A stretch of DNA of 64,000 nt. Origin: Patescibacteria group bacterium. GTDB taxonomy: Bacteria; Patescibacteriota; Minisyncoccia; Phycocordibacterales; PALSA-1337. Shown here piece by piece: positions 47,017 to 57,556 of this stretch; within the stretch, counting starts at the first letter, position 1, and every line of letters starts with the position of its first letter. The position numbers and the translations under genes were made by a program. Under the pieces are notes generated by a model that did no database searches, had not been told where the DNA came from, and saw only the letters and a list, made by a program, of their open reading frames with translations. The DNA is taken from contig JAGWLA010000003.1 in the NCBI GenBank assembly GCA_028865095.1, positions 23,243 through 87,242 of the forward strand. The letters are read 5' to 3'.

Positions 47017-48354
47017 ATGAAAAAGCACATCTCCTTCGTCATAGGGTTGGCACTCTTATCGGCTCTCGGGACCGGCGCGACCGCTCACGCAGCCGCTCAT
47101 TCATCGGTCCCGCTGTCGGGCTATGCCTGGTCGTCCACCATCGGCTGGGTCAGCTTCGAGCCCTCTGACGGCAGCACCGTGACCCTCTCGACGTCGTCTC
47201 CGTGCTCCGTCACGGCCGCATGCCTCGCCGGCTATGCCTGGTCGTCGAACATCGGCTGGGTCAAATTCGGCGGCCTCGCCGGCCAGACGGTCGCCGGCCT
47301 CACCACCTCGGATGCCACGGTCAATCTGTCCACCGGCATCGTCTCCGGCTGGGCGCGCGCGTGCGCCGGCATGGACGACCAGGTCACCCCTCCTCCCGAC
47401 CAGACGGCCCCTAACGACACGTGCTCAGGCGTGAGCAGGCAGGACGGCTGGGACGGCTGGATCGAGCTCGCCGGCACGAATCATCCTTCCGGCGACGTGG
47501 CCGGAAACTACGGCGTCACCTATATCACTTCCGGCCCCGGCGCGGGAAGCTTCACGGGCTATGCCTGGGGCGGCCCCGTCGTCGGCTGGCTTAATTTCAA
47601 TACCAATGTCCCGGTGGCCACGCCCGGCGGAGCCGTCAATCCCAATCCTTCTCCGACGCCGGGCCCGGGCGGCGGCGGCAGCAACTGGGTCTATGTCTCC
47701 TGCACTCCGTCGGGCACGACCTATCTCAGCGCCCCCGGCACGGTGACCTATCACGCCACGGCTTCGGGCGGGTCCGGGAGCTATCAATACAGCTGGAGCG
47801 GCAGCTCCGGCTCGTGGAGCAGCACGACGGTCGCCTATCCTTTGACGTCGGGAAGCTACAGCAGCACGGTCGGCGGCCCGAATCTCTGGGTGCGCGACGC
47901 GAACGATAATACCCAGACAGCCTCGGCTTCACCGAGCTGCGGCGCCATCACCGTCGCCGCTTCGTCGACCGGTTCCACCCAGCAGCTCCTTGCCCACAAA
48001 TCCACCGTCGACGCAGGCGCCACTTCCATCGAGATCAACGAAGGCGATCCGGCGTATCTGACGTGGAATATGGGTTCGGCTACGCAATGTAGCGGAGAAT
48101 TCACTCCCCCAACGGGAAGCAATTGGGCAAGCGGCGTGTGGACTAACAATCAGCCTTCGCTGTCAGCCGGGCCTTTGCCGATAAGCACAGCTACCAATCC
48201 CCTGAATGTGGGCACATATACCTTCGATATAAAGTGTACTGCGGCACAGACTGGTTCTTTGTGGAATATATTCAACATCGCGAATGCTGGCAATATTATC
48301 ACCAGCAATTCCGTGTCGATTAAGGTGAAGTCTTCTTCAATCCAAGAAAAGTAA
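47017..48354 (+). CDS. Secreted protein with three 'GYAWSSxIGWVxF' repeats and an SprB-like 'GGSGSYQYSWSG' unit
   Basis: Signal peptide 'MKKHISFVIGLALLSALGTGATAHA'. No catalytic motifs. Confidence 0.5.
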   Translation: MKKHISFVIGLALLSALGTGATAHAAAHSSVPLSGYAWSSTIGWVSFEPSDGSTVTLSTSSPCSVTAACLAGYAWSSNIGWVKFGGLAGQTVAGLTTSDATVNLSTGIVSGWARACAGMDDQVTPPPDQTAPNDTCSGVSRQDGWDGWIELAGTNHPSGDVAGNYGVTYITSGPGAGSFTGYAWGGPVVGWLNFNTNVPVATPGGAVNPNPSPTPGPGGGGSNWVYVSCTPSGTTYLSAPGTVTYHATASGGSGSYQYSWSGSSGSWSSTTVAYPLTSGSYSSTVGGPNLWVRDANDNTQTASASPSCGAITVAASSTGSTQQLLAHKSTVDAGATSIEINEGDPAYLTWNMGSATQCSGEFTPPTGSNWASGVWTNNQPSLSAGPLPISTATNPLNVGTYTFDIKCTAAQTGSLWNIFNIANAGNIITSNSVSIKVKSSSIQEK

Positions 48355-48409
48355 AGTAAAAGAGGCTTCGCGATAGTATCGCAAAGCCTCCGTGTGAATT
48401 ACTGGTTCT

Positions 48410-49408
48410 TCAATAGGGAGTGACTATGTCCTTAAATTCGAAGAATCCATTTGATTTGAGGTCATTCGTTTCTGAATAACTGAAGTATCCAGGAATGTCG
48501 AAGCCCGAATAGTATGTCTGGTGTGCCATCAAGTTGGTCCAATGGAGCAGATCAGATGATCTCCATAAGTAGAGGTTCTGACCTACGTCACCAAAGTTGA
48601 CCCTGATATTCATCACTTGATTGGTTCTTCCTTCTGCATCGACGACGAGGTTGGTGGAGTATTGCATCGTCGACATGATCGCGGGGATCTGAGCGCCGCG
48701 AGCCCCGTACACTTTATAGCTATGCGTATCGTCGGACACTACCACCATTCTCAATAGATTCTGGCCGGTGATATATGCAGATGGCAACGCTAGCACCTGG
48801 TCTGGGACATCAGCGATTCCGCTCGATGGGTCGAGTCGCGAATCGAGCACGTCAACCAGATTGCTTTGTAAGTCATAGACCTGCATGACGGCCCAGTCGA
48901 TATTGCTGTATTCGTACGGTATGGTCTGGGCGACTTCCATGCTCAACGACGATAAGTCGGGAACGCGGTATTGGCCGTTGCTCATGACCAAGGAGAACTC
49001 ATGATAACAAGATGCTACCGTGTAGTAATCCTTGATATCTTCCGCCGTCGCGAATATAATGAACTTCTCGTTCAGGTGGGCATTCGTCGTCGTGAAGATG
49101 TTCGTCGAATACTGTTCGGCTAACTGAACCAACAACGCATTCATATCCGACATCTTTGTGAACGATTGATTGAGTAGGCGCGGTTGCCCATAGTACACTC
49201 GATAGCCGTTCGTCCAAACCTGGTACACATCCAACCAGAACTGGTCCGTTACCTGGGCCGTGTGATCCGCTACGATTTGCGAACTTCCGTAGGCTAAGGT
49301 GTTTGTCGGGATGATGACGATATTCCCGGTTTGCCCTTCTGCGTGTGGCGCAAAGAGGGCAACGAGCGCGGCTACGAAAGCCGCAATGGTGAGACGCAAC
49401 GTATTCAT
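48410..49408 (-). CDS. Secreted hypothetical protein (332 aa), lower G+C
   Basis: Signal peptide 'MNTLRLTIAAFVAALVALFAPHAEG'. AT-richer codons than the host core. Confidence 0.5.
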   Translation of the reverse strand: MNTLRLTIAAFVAALVALFAPHAEGQTGNIVIIPTNTLAYGSSQIVADHTAQVTDQFWLDVYQVWTNGYRVYYGQPRLLNQSFTKMSDMNALLVQLAEQYSTNIFTTTNAHLNEKFIIFATAEDIKDYYTVASCYHEFSLVMSNGQYRVPDLSSLSMEVAQTIPYEYSNIDWAVMQVYDLQSNLVDVLDSRLDPSSGIADVPDQVLALPSAYITGQNLLRMVVVSDDTHSYKVYGARGAQIPAIMSTMQYSTNLVVDAEGRTNQVMNIRVNFGDVGQNLYLWRSSDLLHWTNLMAHQTYYSGFDIPGYFSYSETNDLKSNGFFEFKDIVTPY

Positions 49409-49498
49409 CGCGTCCTCCTTTCATTTGTGCGCCGAACCGCCAAAGGACGGAAAGGCTAGGTTATTGGAGATTTATGACGTGAAGCACACGCTTCGGGC

Positions 49499-50314
49499 TT
49501 GTCAATGAACAAGCTGTCATTCGGCCTACAGTATAGCATATTTGAACCCCGTTGTAAAGGGGATAATCGATTGTTTTATTTCATTGTCGAACGCGGATTA
49601 TCGTATAATCTATCCGATGTGTCTAATGATATGATCATCAAGGTTATCTCAAGCCTGGCTGATGACGTGATTTTCCACGAAGGCCAGAAGGGGGAAGTCA
49701 GGGAAGGCGGCCCGGCCTTCTGGATATCGGACGCGCTCAGGCATAGAGGCCAAGATTTCGAGCTCATCACCGGTGAACAGAGATCGGAAGTAGAGATCAT
49801 GGTCAGAGATGGAGAAGAGATTGGAAAGATCGTCTCCGTGTCTCCTATCGAGATCAACGGGCGCCTCGATGCGGATGCCTTCATAATCTCGACCATCTCC
49901 GATGAGTTCAATATTCAAAATATTGAATCTCTCGATGGTCTCGTAGCTGTAGACCTCCAAGGATATGTCAGAGCCGCTAAATCTGATGATAGAAAATTGG
50001 TGATCGATCAGAGATTGGCGTCTTTGATCGGCATAGCCAAACTAACCCGAGATGAAGCTTCTCATGTCATCGGTTTAGACTTGCTAAAGGACAAGATACT
50101 CCTGATCACTGACGGGGAGAAAGGCTTCGATCTCTATGCGAACGGCGCGCTGCATCATTTCGATGGCGAGCCGATACGGGCCAAAGACACTATCGGCGCA
50201 GGGGATACGCTGTTCGCCAGATTCGTGGTTGAATATATGCGAAGCCATGATATCCTTGAGTCGGCTCGCCGGGCCCGTGGATATGTGGCCGATTTCCTTA
50301 GATCAAAAAGATGA
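49499..50314 (+). CDS. PfkB/ribokinase-family carbohydrate kinase
   Basis: C-terminal 'DTIGAGDTLFARFV' (pfkB signature 2). Confidence 0.6.
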   Translation: MSMNKLSFGLQYSIFEPRCKGDNRLFYFIVERGLSYNLSDVSNDMIIKVISSLADDVIFHEGQKGEVREGGPAFWISDALRHRGQDFELITGEQRSEVEIMVRDGEEIGKIVSVSPIEINGRLDADAFIISTISDEFNIQNIESLDGLVAVDLQGYVRAAKSDDRKLVIDQRLASLIGIAKLTRDEASHVIGLDLLKDKILLITDGEKGFDLYANGALHHFDGEPIRAKDTIGAGDTLFARFVVEYMRSHDILESARRARGYVADFLRSKR

Positions 50315-51138
50315 TGCCAAGCTTCGAATCGCTATTCGGTAAGGACCGGGATATAACTATCGGCGCTATACATTTTCCGCCGCTTTTAGGATATCCGGAT
50401 TTCCCCGGATTCGATACGGCGCTGGAGAACGCGCTGGCCGACTTGAAAGCTTTCGAAGACGGCGGAGCAGATGCCGTCATCATAGAGAACAATTACGATA
50501 TCCCTCATAAGAGTCCCGTGGATCCGGAGATCGTCGTCTCGATGGCGTATCTGGCGGGGAAGATGGCGGGGGCGGCGAAGGTCCCGATCGGCGTCAGCGT
50601 GCTGTGGAATGACTATCGCGCTGCCCTGTCTCTGGCCAAGGCCTACGGCCTGAGATTCGTGCGGGTGCCGGTATTCGTCGATACAGTCAAGACGTCGTAC
50701 GGCATCTTCGAAGGGAACCCGAAAGACGTCACCGATTTCAGGAAGCGGATAGGCGCTGACGATGTCTTGTTATTGACGGACATACACGTCAAGCATTCTG
50801 AGATGATATCTCCCTATACCATAGAGGAGTCTGCCCGAATGGCGATCGGAGAAGGGTCGGATGCGCTGATCGTGACCGGCCGATGGACCGGCGACGCGCC
50901 CGGGTCATCGGATCTCAAGATGGCAAGAGGTAGCGCGGGAGATTTTCCGATACTGTGCGGGAGCGGCATGGACGAGGCCAACATAGCTGAGCTGTACAAG
51001 GCGGCGAATGGCTCCATAGTGAGCACTTCGGTGAAGATCGGCCTCAAAGACAGTGGCGAAACGAACATGAAGCCCTATTCGTCAAGGGTCGATAGGGAAA
51101 AAGTGAAAGCGCTCGTGTCGAAGATCGAGTCCAGGTAG
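50311..51138 (+). CDS. BtpA/SgcQ-family TIM-barrel protein
   Basis: 'IGAIHFPPLLGYPDFPGFDTALENALADLKAFEDGGADAVIIENNYDIP' matches the BtpA family. Confidence 0.7.
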   Translation: MMPSFESLFGKDRDITIGAIHFPPLLGYPDFPGFDTALENALADLKAFEDGGADAVIIENNYDIPHKSPVDPEIVVSMAYLAGKMAGAAKVPIGVSVLWNDYRAALSLAKAYGLRFVRVPVFVDTVKTSYGIFEGNPKDVTDFRKRIGADDVLLLTDIHVKHSEMISPYTIEESARMAIGEGSDALIVTGRWTGDAPGSSDLKMARGSAGDFPILCGSGMDEANIAELYKAANGSIVSTSVKIGLKDSGETNMKPYSSRVDREKVKALVSKIESR

Positions 51139-51168
51139 GAGCCCTTTTCAGTATGTTACCATTGACCC

Positions 51169-51918
51169 ATGTCATTAGACGACGTGCTTATAAAACTATC
51201 TTCCAACGACGGCATCGACGCCGTGCTTCTGTGCGGATCGACGGCGAGCGGCACGATGACGAAAGCGAGCGATTATGATCTCGCCATTGTGGCAAAAGAT
51301 AAGCCTGAAAAGCTGACGTCCATGTTCGCCTATATAGACGGCGCGCCATCGGATCTCTTCTTCTATTCATCGGAAGAGATACGAAGGATCTTGGAAGCGA
51401 AAAAGGCGGATGAAGGGGCGCAGACATGGCTCATGCATTGGCTGAAAAAAGGAAAGATCGCCTTCGACAAGTCTGGAGCGTTGACGGAGCTACAGCGTTG
51501 TCGGGATGGCATCGAGCTGCCGTCTGACGAGCCGGGCGCGGAGAGGCTGGCATACAAGATCAATTACAATCTGGTCAATAACGCCAGATATTTCGGGTCC
51601 GGCGACCTGTCGTATCTTGCCGCTCTGGAGATACGGCTCATGTATTCGATCGTCGAAGCCCTCGTCGGATATCTCGCATTCAGGCATGTCTACTGGGAAG
51701 GGGAGAAAGCTGCTATCGCCTATCTGCGCGAGCATGATCCGGGATACTTGAAGCTTTTCGAGGCTGCGAGCAGGTCGCCCGACATCGCGGGCAAGTTCGA
51801 GGCATACAAGGAGCTCGCCGAACGGACGTTCACTGAACGATATGCGAAGTGGGGAAGGGGCGCGGTAGCGAGCATTGAGGGCGACTACTCGTCGTTCTGG
51901 CATGAGCTGCTCAGCTAA
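51169..51918 (+). CDS. Nucleotidyltransferase (Pol-beta-like fold) with a helical C-terminal domain
   Basis: 'LCGSTASGTMTKASDYDLAIV' (GS-x10-DxD NTase motif). Confidence 0.6.
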   Translation: MSLDDVLIKLSSNDGIDAVLLCGSTASGTMTKASDYDLAIVAKDKPEKLTSMFAYIDGAPSDLFFYSSEEIRRILEAKKADEGAQTWLMHWLKKGKIAFDKSGALTELQRCRDGIELPSDEPGAERLAYKINYNLVNNARYFGSGDLSYLAALEIRLMYSIVEALVGYLAFRHVYWEGEKAAIAYLREHDPGYLKLFEAASRSPDIAGKFEAYKELAERTFTERYAKWGRGAVASIEGDYSSFWHELLS

Positions 51919-52142
51919 GCGCATCCGGCGCCTTGCGCGATCAGGCGCATCTGGGTATACTGGCCCTGTTATGAGAAATACGGCTATTCAGACGAATAAC
52001 TGGCTCCATGGACACTTTCTGCACGAAGGGGGCCATTGGCGCATCTCACGCTCGTAATCTGGAGCATCGACAGAGATGGAACACCCCTTCGTCGCGAAGG
52101 GGTGCTTTGTTTTATCCAAGGACCATAACCCGCTTGCATACG

Positions 52143-53264
52143 ATGAAAAAACTGACTAAAGACATGTTCATAAAGGATCTCGCGAAGCTGGTGTCGTTCA
52201 GGACTGTGACCGGCGACATCGAGCAGAATCGGAAAGCCCTCGATTTCATACAGGCGAGGGTCGCTGAAGGGGCGCGCATCAAAAGGATCAAGAACGGTGG
52301 CTATGAATGCTTGATCGCATCCAATGCGAGCGCCCGCGAGCCGGATATATGCTACTTGACCCACGTCGATGTCGTGGCTGGCAGGCCGAGCCAGTTCAAG
52401 ATGACGATCAAAGATGGCACGGCTTTCGGCAGGGGCGTCAGCGACATGAAGTTCTCCATACCCATCGGATATGCGTTGCTGAACGGACTGATCTCGAGCG
52501 GGTCGAGGCTGTCTTTCGCGCTCGTCGTCACGACGGATGAAGAGACCGGAGGATTCAAAGGGGCCTCGTATCTGGCCGACAGATATGGCCTGAAGCCGAA
52601 AGCCTTGATCGTGCCAGACGGCGGAGACGGCCTGGTCTTCGTGGACAAGGCCAAAGGCGTGTGCATCGTGCGCGTCGACTCGAAAGGGAAGCCGGCGCAC
52701 TCTTCTCGCATATGGGAAGGCAAGAATGCCCTCGAGCCGCTGATCCGGCTGTGCGATGCCGTCCTTGATAGGTATGGGCGGAATAACAGGCGCGAATCAT
52801 GGAAGACGACGGCGAATATCGGGAAGCTCGAAGGCGGCGTCTCGGCGAATCAGGTGTGTCCAGAGGCGTGTGCCATGCTGGATTTCCGATTCTCGGAGAC
52901 GACGACGTTCGCGGCCATCTTCGACGAGGTGTCAGCCATCGCCAAGAAGATAGATCCGACATTGAAGGTGTCGGTCTATTCGAAAGGCGAGCCGACCAGC
53001 ACGGACGCTGCGGATCCGACGGTCAGACGGTTCATCCGAAGTTTCGAAAGCGCCTATCGGAGGAAGATAAAGATACGAAAGACATACGGCGCCTCGGATG
53101 CCAGGCATTTCTCGAAGCTTCGGGTCCCGATATTGATGATAAAGCCGCACGGCGGAGACATACACGGCGACGACGAGAACGTGGACATAGATTCATGCAT
53201 GCTCTTCTATCAGGCGTTGGAGGATTTCCTGCGCACGTCTGGAAGCGGCCAGAAGCATTGGTGA
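52143..53264 (+). CDS. M20-family metallopeptidase/deacylase (ArgE/DapE-like)
   Basis: 'THVDVV', 'GRGVSDMK', 'TTDEETGG'. Confidence 0.75.
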   Translation: MKKLTKDMFIKDLAKLVSFRTVTGDIEQNRKALDFIQARVAEGARIKRIKNGGYECLIASNASAREPDICYLTHVDVVAGRPSQFKMTIKDGTAFGRGVSDMKFSIPIGYALLNGLISSGSRLSFALVVTTDEETGGFKGASYLADRYGLKPKALIVPDGGDGLVFVDKAKGVCIVRVDSKGKPAHSSRIWEGKNALEPLIRLCDAVLDRYGRNNRRESWKTTANIGKLEGGVSANQVCPEACAMLDFRFSETTTFAAIFDEVSAIAKKIDPTLKVSVYSKGEPTSTDAADPTVRRFIRSFESAYRRKIKIRKTYGASDARHFSKLRVPILMIKPHGGDIHGDDENVDIDSCMLFYQALEDFLRTSGSGQKHW

Positions 53265-53381
53265 AAGGCGCTCCTGACGGCTATCCCGACCTCGTCCGGT
53301 CGGGGATAGTCAACTGCCTGCACGAGCGTGTGGGCAGTGACTGTCGCAGTTCTTTAACAATGAAATAACAAAGGAATATCT

Positions 53382-54185
53382 ATGAAAAGCGCAACTATAG
53401 AAAAAACGGATGTAGGTCAGGGCCTATCGAAGTTCATGGGGCTGTTCAGATTCGACGCCGCCAGATCGTTATGGGTAGGCGTCGAGAGAGAATGCTTCAT
53501 CCAAGATGGCGATGGCGCCATCGTCCCGCATGCCCGCCAGATATTGGGCCAGCTCGGCGATGCCGGCATGTTCGGATATGAATTGTCGGCATGCCAAGTG
53601 GAATCAAGGGTGGGGCCGTCGGTGCTCGCGCATCTCGCCGGCGAGCTCAGGGCCTCGGAGGGCCTGTTAAGAGAGGCTATGGACAAGGCTGGGTCGAGTC
53701 CGCTTCATGCCGAAGTCGGCCCGGAAGACATGCCGCTCGATGTCTATCCCGATCCCTCGGGAAGATATCAGGAGATCGTGAAGGCCATGCCGAGAGATGT
53801 GCTGCTCGCGGCGTGCCGCGTCATCGGCACGCACATCCATGTCGGCATGCCCGACCATGAGACCGCGCTCAAGGCCTATAACCGAGCGGTAGAGAAGTGC
53901 GGCTGGCTGTGCTCCAAGGGGAACGGTTCGTTCGGCGAACGATTGGACATATATCGCATCGTCGCGCCCGAATGCGATCCGTCGCCGTATCGCGATTGGC
54001 CCGAATTCTATAGAGCCGCCTGCGCGAAGGGATTCGACAAGGACCCTCGCAAATGCTGGACCCTCATCAGGATATCCAGGCATGGGACCATAGAATTCCG
54101 CATGTTCGGCGTTACATCGTCGATCGAGCGCATAGTCGGCTGGGCCAAGCTCTGCTATGACCTCTGCGCCGAGGCGATCGGCTGA
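53382..54185 (+). CDS. Carboxylate-amine ligase, GCS2/YbdK-like (short)
   Basis: 'VGVERECFI' and an overall GCS2-like pattern. At 267 aa it is shorter than typical. Confidence 0.45.
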   Translation: MKSATIEKTDVGQGLSKFMGLFRFDAARSLWVGVERECFIQDGDGAIVPHARQILGQLGDAGMFGYELSACQVESRVGPSVLAHLAGELRASEGLLREAMDKAGSSPLHAEVGPEDMPLDVYPDPSGRYQEIVKAMPRDVLLAACRVIGTHIHVGMPDHETALKAYNRAVEKCGWLCSKGNGSFGERLDIYRIVAPECDPSPYRDWPEFYRAACAKGFDKDPRKCWTLIRISRHGTIEFRMFGVTSSIERIVGWAKLCYDLCAEAIG

Positions 54186-54260
54186 ACATGGTCCGCTATC
54201 GCAAGGGGAGCCTCCGGGTTCCTCTTTTTTGTCGCCCGCTGCCGCAGGCTTCGGCCCGGT

Positions 54261-56096
54261 ATGCTACAATCCCGCTACCATATGGCAACCGCCGACGCAG
54301 AGCAGAAGCCGGGGCAGCCGGAGAAAGTGACCAAAGAGGGCCTGTACACGGGCTTCGCGGTCTTGGTGCGCTATCTCGGCGCGTATCGCGGGCGGATCAT
54401 CCTCCTGTCCGCCATGGGCGTGCTCTCCGCCATCGGCAACGGCTTCATACCGTACGTGGCCGGCTCGTTCTTCGACGCTTTGAGCAGCCCGGCCGTCGTC
54501 GCCGTCCTCTCATATGCCGTGCCCCTCTACGTCGCCATCCTCGCCTTGTGGACGGCCATCCAGCTCGTCACCTACTTCATGGACTGGAGGATCAACCTCA
54601 TGAGCGAGTATTTCTCCAATGCCATATGGCTCGACTATCTCTCGAGCAGCTTCGGCTTCCTGCTCCTCTTGCCGATGTCGTTCCACAAGAAGAACAAAGT
54701 GGGCGAGATCGGCAACAAGATCGGCGCGGCGGCGGGGTCGCTGGAGACCATCAGCGGAAGGATCGTCATCGACCTGGCGCCGCAGATCCTTTCCATCCTG
54801 ATCGCGTTCGGCATCGCATTCTATATGAAGCCGCTGCTGGCGGCGCTCCTGCTCGCCGGCCTGGTCCTCTACGTGTTCGTCATGGTCAGGCAGGTCAAGC
54901 CGCTGGCGGGCTACCAAAAGGACTACTACGACGTCCTGATGACCTCCGTCTGGGGCGACAACTACGAGGCGGTCGGCAACGCCCTGGCGGTCAAGCAAGC
55001 CACGGCCGAAGAGCACGAGCGTGAGAAGATCGCCGCCAACGCCAAGCGGGCCCTGCCGCTCTGGATGCGCCTCACCAAGGTCTGGGGCGACTTGAGCCTG
55101 TACCAGCGCTTGACCATCCTCGTCACCCAGGTCCTCATCTTCGTCCTGTCCGCCGCCTACATCCACGCCGGGACCATGACCTTGGGCGAGCTCATCGCCT
55201 TCAACGCGTACGCGGCCATGATCTTCGGCCCGTTCGTGACCATCGCCCGCAACTGGCAGACCATCCAGAACGGCATCATCAACGTCAACGAGACCGAGAA
55301 GATCCTCCGGCTGGCGCCCGAGCAGTATCGGCCGGCCGGGGCGGAGGATTTCCCGATCGAGGGCGGCGTGGCGTTCGACGGCGTCTCCTTCGGCTATGAC
55401 GCGGGCGCGCCGGTCCTCGACGGGGTGAGCTTCCGGGCGGCGCCGGGCGAAGTGGTGGCCCTGGTAGGGGAGTCGGGCGTCGGCAAGAGCACCTTGGTGG
55501 ACCTGATCTCCGGCTATCACTTCCCGGACAAGGGGACGGTGGAGATCGACGGGCACGACATCCGCCGGGTGGACCTCCGGGCGCTCCGCTCCCGCATCGC
55601 CGTCGTCCCCCAGGAAGTGGTCCTCTTCAACGACACCATCGAGACGAACATCCGCTACGGCAATTTCAAGGCGACCGACGAGGAGGTGCGGGAAGCGGCG
55701 CGCAAAGCGGACGCCCTCGGCTTCATCGAGCGCTTCCCGGACAAATGGAAGCAGGTGGTGGGGGAGCGGGGCATCAAGCTCTCCGTCGGCCAGAAGCAGC
55801 GCGTGTCCATCGCCCGAGCCATCCTCCGCGACCCGTCCATCCTCATCCTCGACGAGCCGACGTCGGCCCTCGACGCGTCCACCGAGAAGACCATCACGGA
55901 GTCGCTCGACGCGCTCATGAAAGGCAAGACCACGTTCATCGTGGCCCATCGCCTGTCGACGGTGCGCCGGGCAGACCAGATCCTGGTCTTCAAGGGCGGG
56001 CGCATCGCCGAGCGCGGGCGGCACGACGAGCTCATGGCCCTTCCCGGCGGCGAGTATCGGCGCCTGTACGAGCTGCAGATCGGTCTGCATCGCTAG
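54261..56096 (+). CDS. ABC transporter, fused permease-ATPase exporter (MsbA-like)
   Basis: 6-TM domain then an NBD with 'GESGVGKST' Walker A, 'LSVGQKQRVSIARA' signature, 'ILILDEPTSALD' Walker B. Confidence 0.9.
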   Translation: MLQSRYHMATADAEQKPGQPEKVTKEGLYTGFAVLVRYLGAYRGRIILLSAMGVLSAIGNGFIPYVAGSFFDALSSPAVVAVLSYAVPLYVAILALWTAIQLVTYFMDWRINLMSEYFSNAIWLDYLSSSFGFLLLLPMSFHKKNKVGEIGNKIGAAAGSLETISGRIVIDLAPQILSILIAFGIAFYMKPLLAALLLAGLVLYVFVMVRQVKPLAGYQKDYYDVLMTSVWGDNYEAVGNALAVKQATAEEHEREKIAANAKRALPLWMRLTKVWGDLSLYQRLTILVTQVLIFVLSAAYIHAGTMTLGELIAFNAYAAMIFGPFVTIARNWQTIQNGIINVNETEKILRLAPEQYRPAGAEDFPIEGGVAFDGVSFGYDAGAPVLDGVSFRAAPGEVVALVGESGVGKSTLVDLISGYHFPDKGTVEIDGHDIRRVDLRALRSRIAVVPQEVVLFNDTIETNIRYGNFKATDEEVREAARKADALGFIERFPDKWKQVVGERGIKLSVGQKQRVSIARAILRDPSILILDEPTSALDASTEKTITESLDALMKGKTTFIVAHRLSTVRRADQILVFKGGRIAERGRHDELMALPGGEYRRLYELQIGLHR

Positions 56097-56153
56097 GCCG
56101 GCGGAACAAAAAAGCGCAGCTTTGAGGGCTGCGCCGTGAACGGAGGGCTTTTT

Positions 56154-57434
56154 TCAAGGCCTCATGACGTACCAGAATAGCGATTCCGGCTTGAATTCTT
56201 TGGCTGCGAGAGCAGCGATGTCGTCATAGGTGACCTTGGCTGCGTCGTCGAGATCCTCTTCCAATGGAACGATGCGATCCATGGTGGCCAATTCCATCGT
56301 CGCGTTCTTTGCAAGATCGCGGATGGACCGATCGCCCATGCGGATATTGCATATGTATGCCGCCTTGATCTCTTCGAATAGCGCGGCGTGCTCATCGGTT
56401 CTTTGGAGCGAAGACAGCATATCCGATATGATGCTCTCGACTCGGCCCGCTTCCTTTGGCGGGACTTTCGTCTCTATGTTCAGCATCATATGGTCTCGGA
56501 ATATGCTGTTAGAGACATCGGCCGAATACATGGCTCCAAGAGATCCGCGGATCTCCTTGAAAAGGATGCGGCGGATGAGGTCTGTCATCACAGTCGTCGC
56601 TTCTCTGTTGCTCGTCCTTCGGTAGGCTCTTGCCACCGATATGATGGTGCTTTTAGGCGCCGACCATTCCGGCGTCCCATAGAATTCGCTTGCCGATAAG
56701 CGATACTCCCGTTGCGCTGGAGCCGGGAATGGGTCAAGGGGCTCGGGAGCCTCCCTCGTCTTCCCGATAGGGATGAGCCGGGTCAGCAGCTCTGATACGT
56801 CGCTGGCCGTCCTCTCATCGATATCGCCGACCAATATGAGGCGGATATTCCCTCGATGATAATGCTCGGCATGGAATCGGGCCAGCTCGTCTCTCGATAT
56901 AAGCGCGATTGTGTCATGCCAGCCTAATGCCAGATCCTTCTGACTGAAGGGATGCGTGTTGTAGAACAGCTTCCGTATCGTTTTCGCCAGGTTTTCGCCC
57001 TGTTCGCTCTTATATTGGCGCCAAAGCTCCTGAAGGATGACGGAACGCTCGCGTTCGACCTCTTCCTTCTGGAGGAGGGGAGCAGTCACGAATGACCCCA
57101 AGAACCCCATGGCGCGGCCAAGATCAGAGACCGCTGCTTTTCCGTAGTAGAACGTGTACTCAAAACCCGTCAGCGCATTCAGGGTGTCCATGAATATCGT
57201 CCGGCTCGCGTGCTCGATATGCTCGAGCGTCGGATAGCCTTTGCAGCCGTTGAAGGGAAGATGCTCGAAGAAGTGAGCCAAGCCCTCTCTACCGACAGGG
57301 TCATATCGCGCCCCGATCGTCGCGAGGACGTAGATGTAGACGTACCCGTCAGCCCACGGGATGCTCTTCCAGTGGACCGGTACGCCGTTCGAGTCGAATC
57401 GGTTGAATTTGTAAGGATCGAATCTCAGTTTCAT
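56154..57434 (-). CDS. M16-family (insulinase-like) zinc peptidase
   Basis: Inverted zincin 'HFFEHLPFNG'. Lower G+C. Confidence 0.8.
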   Translation of the reverse strand: MKLRFDPYKFNRFDSNGVPVHWKSIPWADGYVYIYVLATIGARYDPVGREGLAHFFEHLPFNGCKGYPTLEHIEHASRTIFMDTLNALTGFEYTFYYGKAAVSDLGRAMGFLGSFVTAPLLQKEEVERERSVILQELWRQYKSEQGENLAKTIRKLFYNTHPFSQKDLALGWHDTIALISRDELARFHAEHYHRGNIRLILVGDIDERTASDVSELLTRLIPIGKTREAPEPLDPFPAPAQREYRLSASEFYGTPEWSAPKSTIISVARAYRRTSNREATTVMTDLIRRILFKEIRGSLGAMYSADVSNSIFRDHMMLNIETKVPPKEAGRVESIISDMLSSLQRTDEHAALFEEIKAAYICNIRMGDRSIRDLAKNATMELATMDRIVPLEEDLDDAAKVTYDDIAALAAKEFKPESLFWYVMRP

Positions 57435-57556
57435 TCATTGCCTTTCGTTGTTTTTACCGCAAAGGACTATAACATCAATTTTAATTTATGTAAATATCTG
57501 CTTCGTTCCAGGTCCATAGATACCATGGCAGGCCGGGGTGGGCGACAGGGTCGCGC

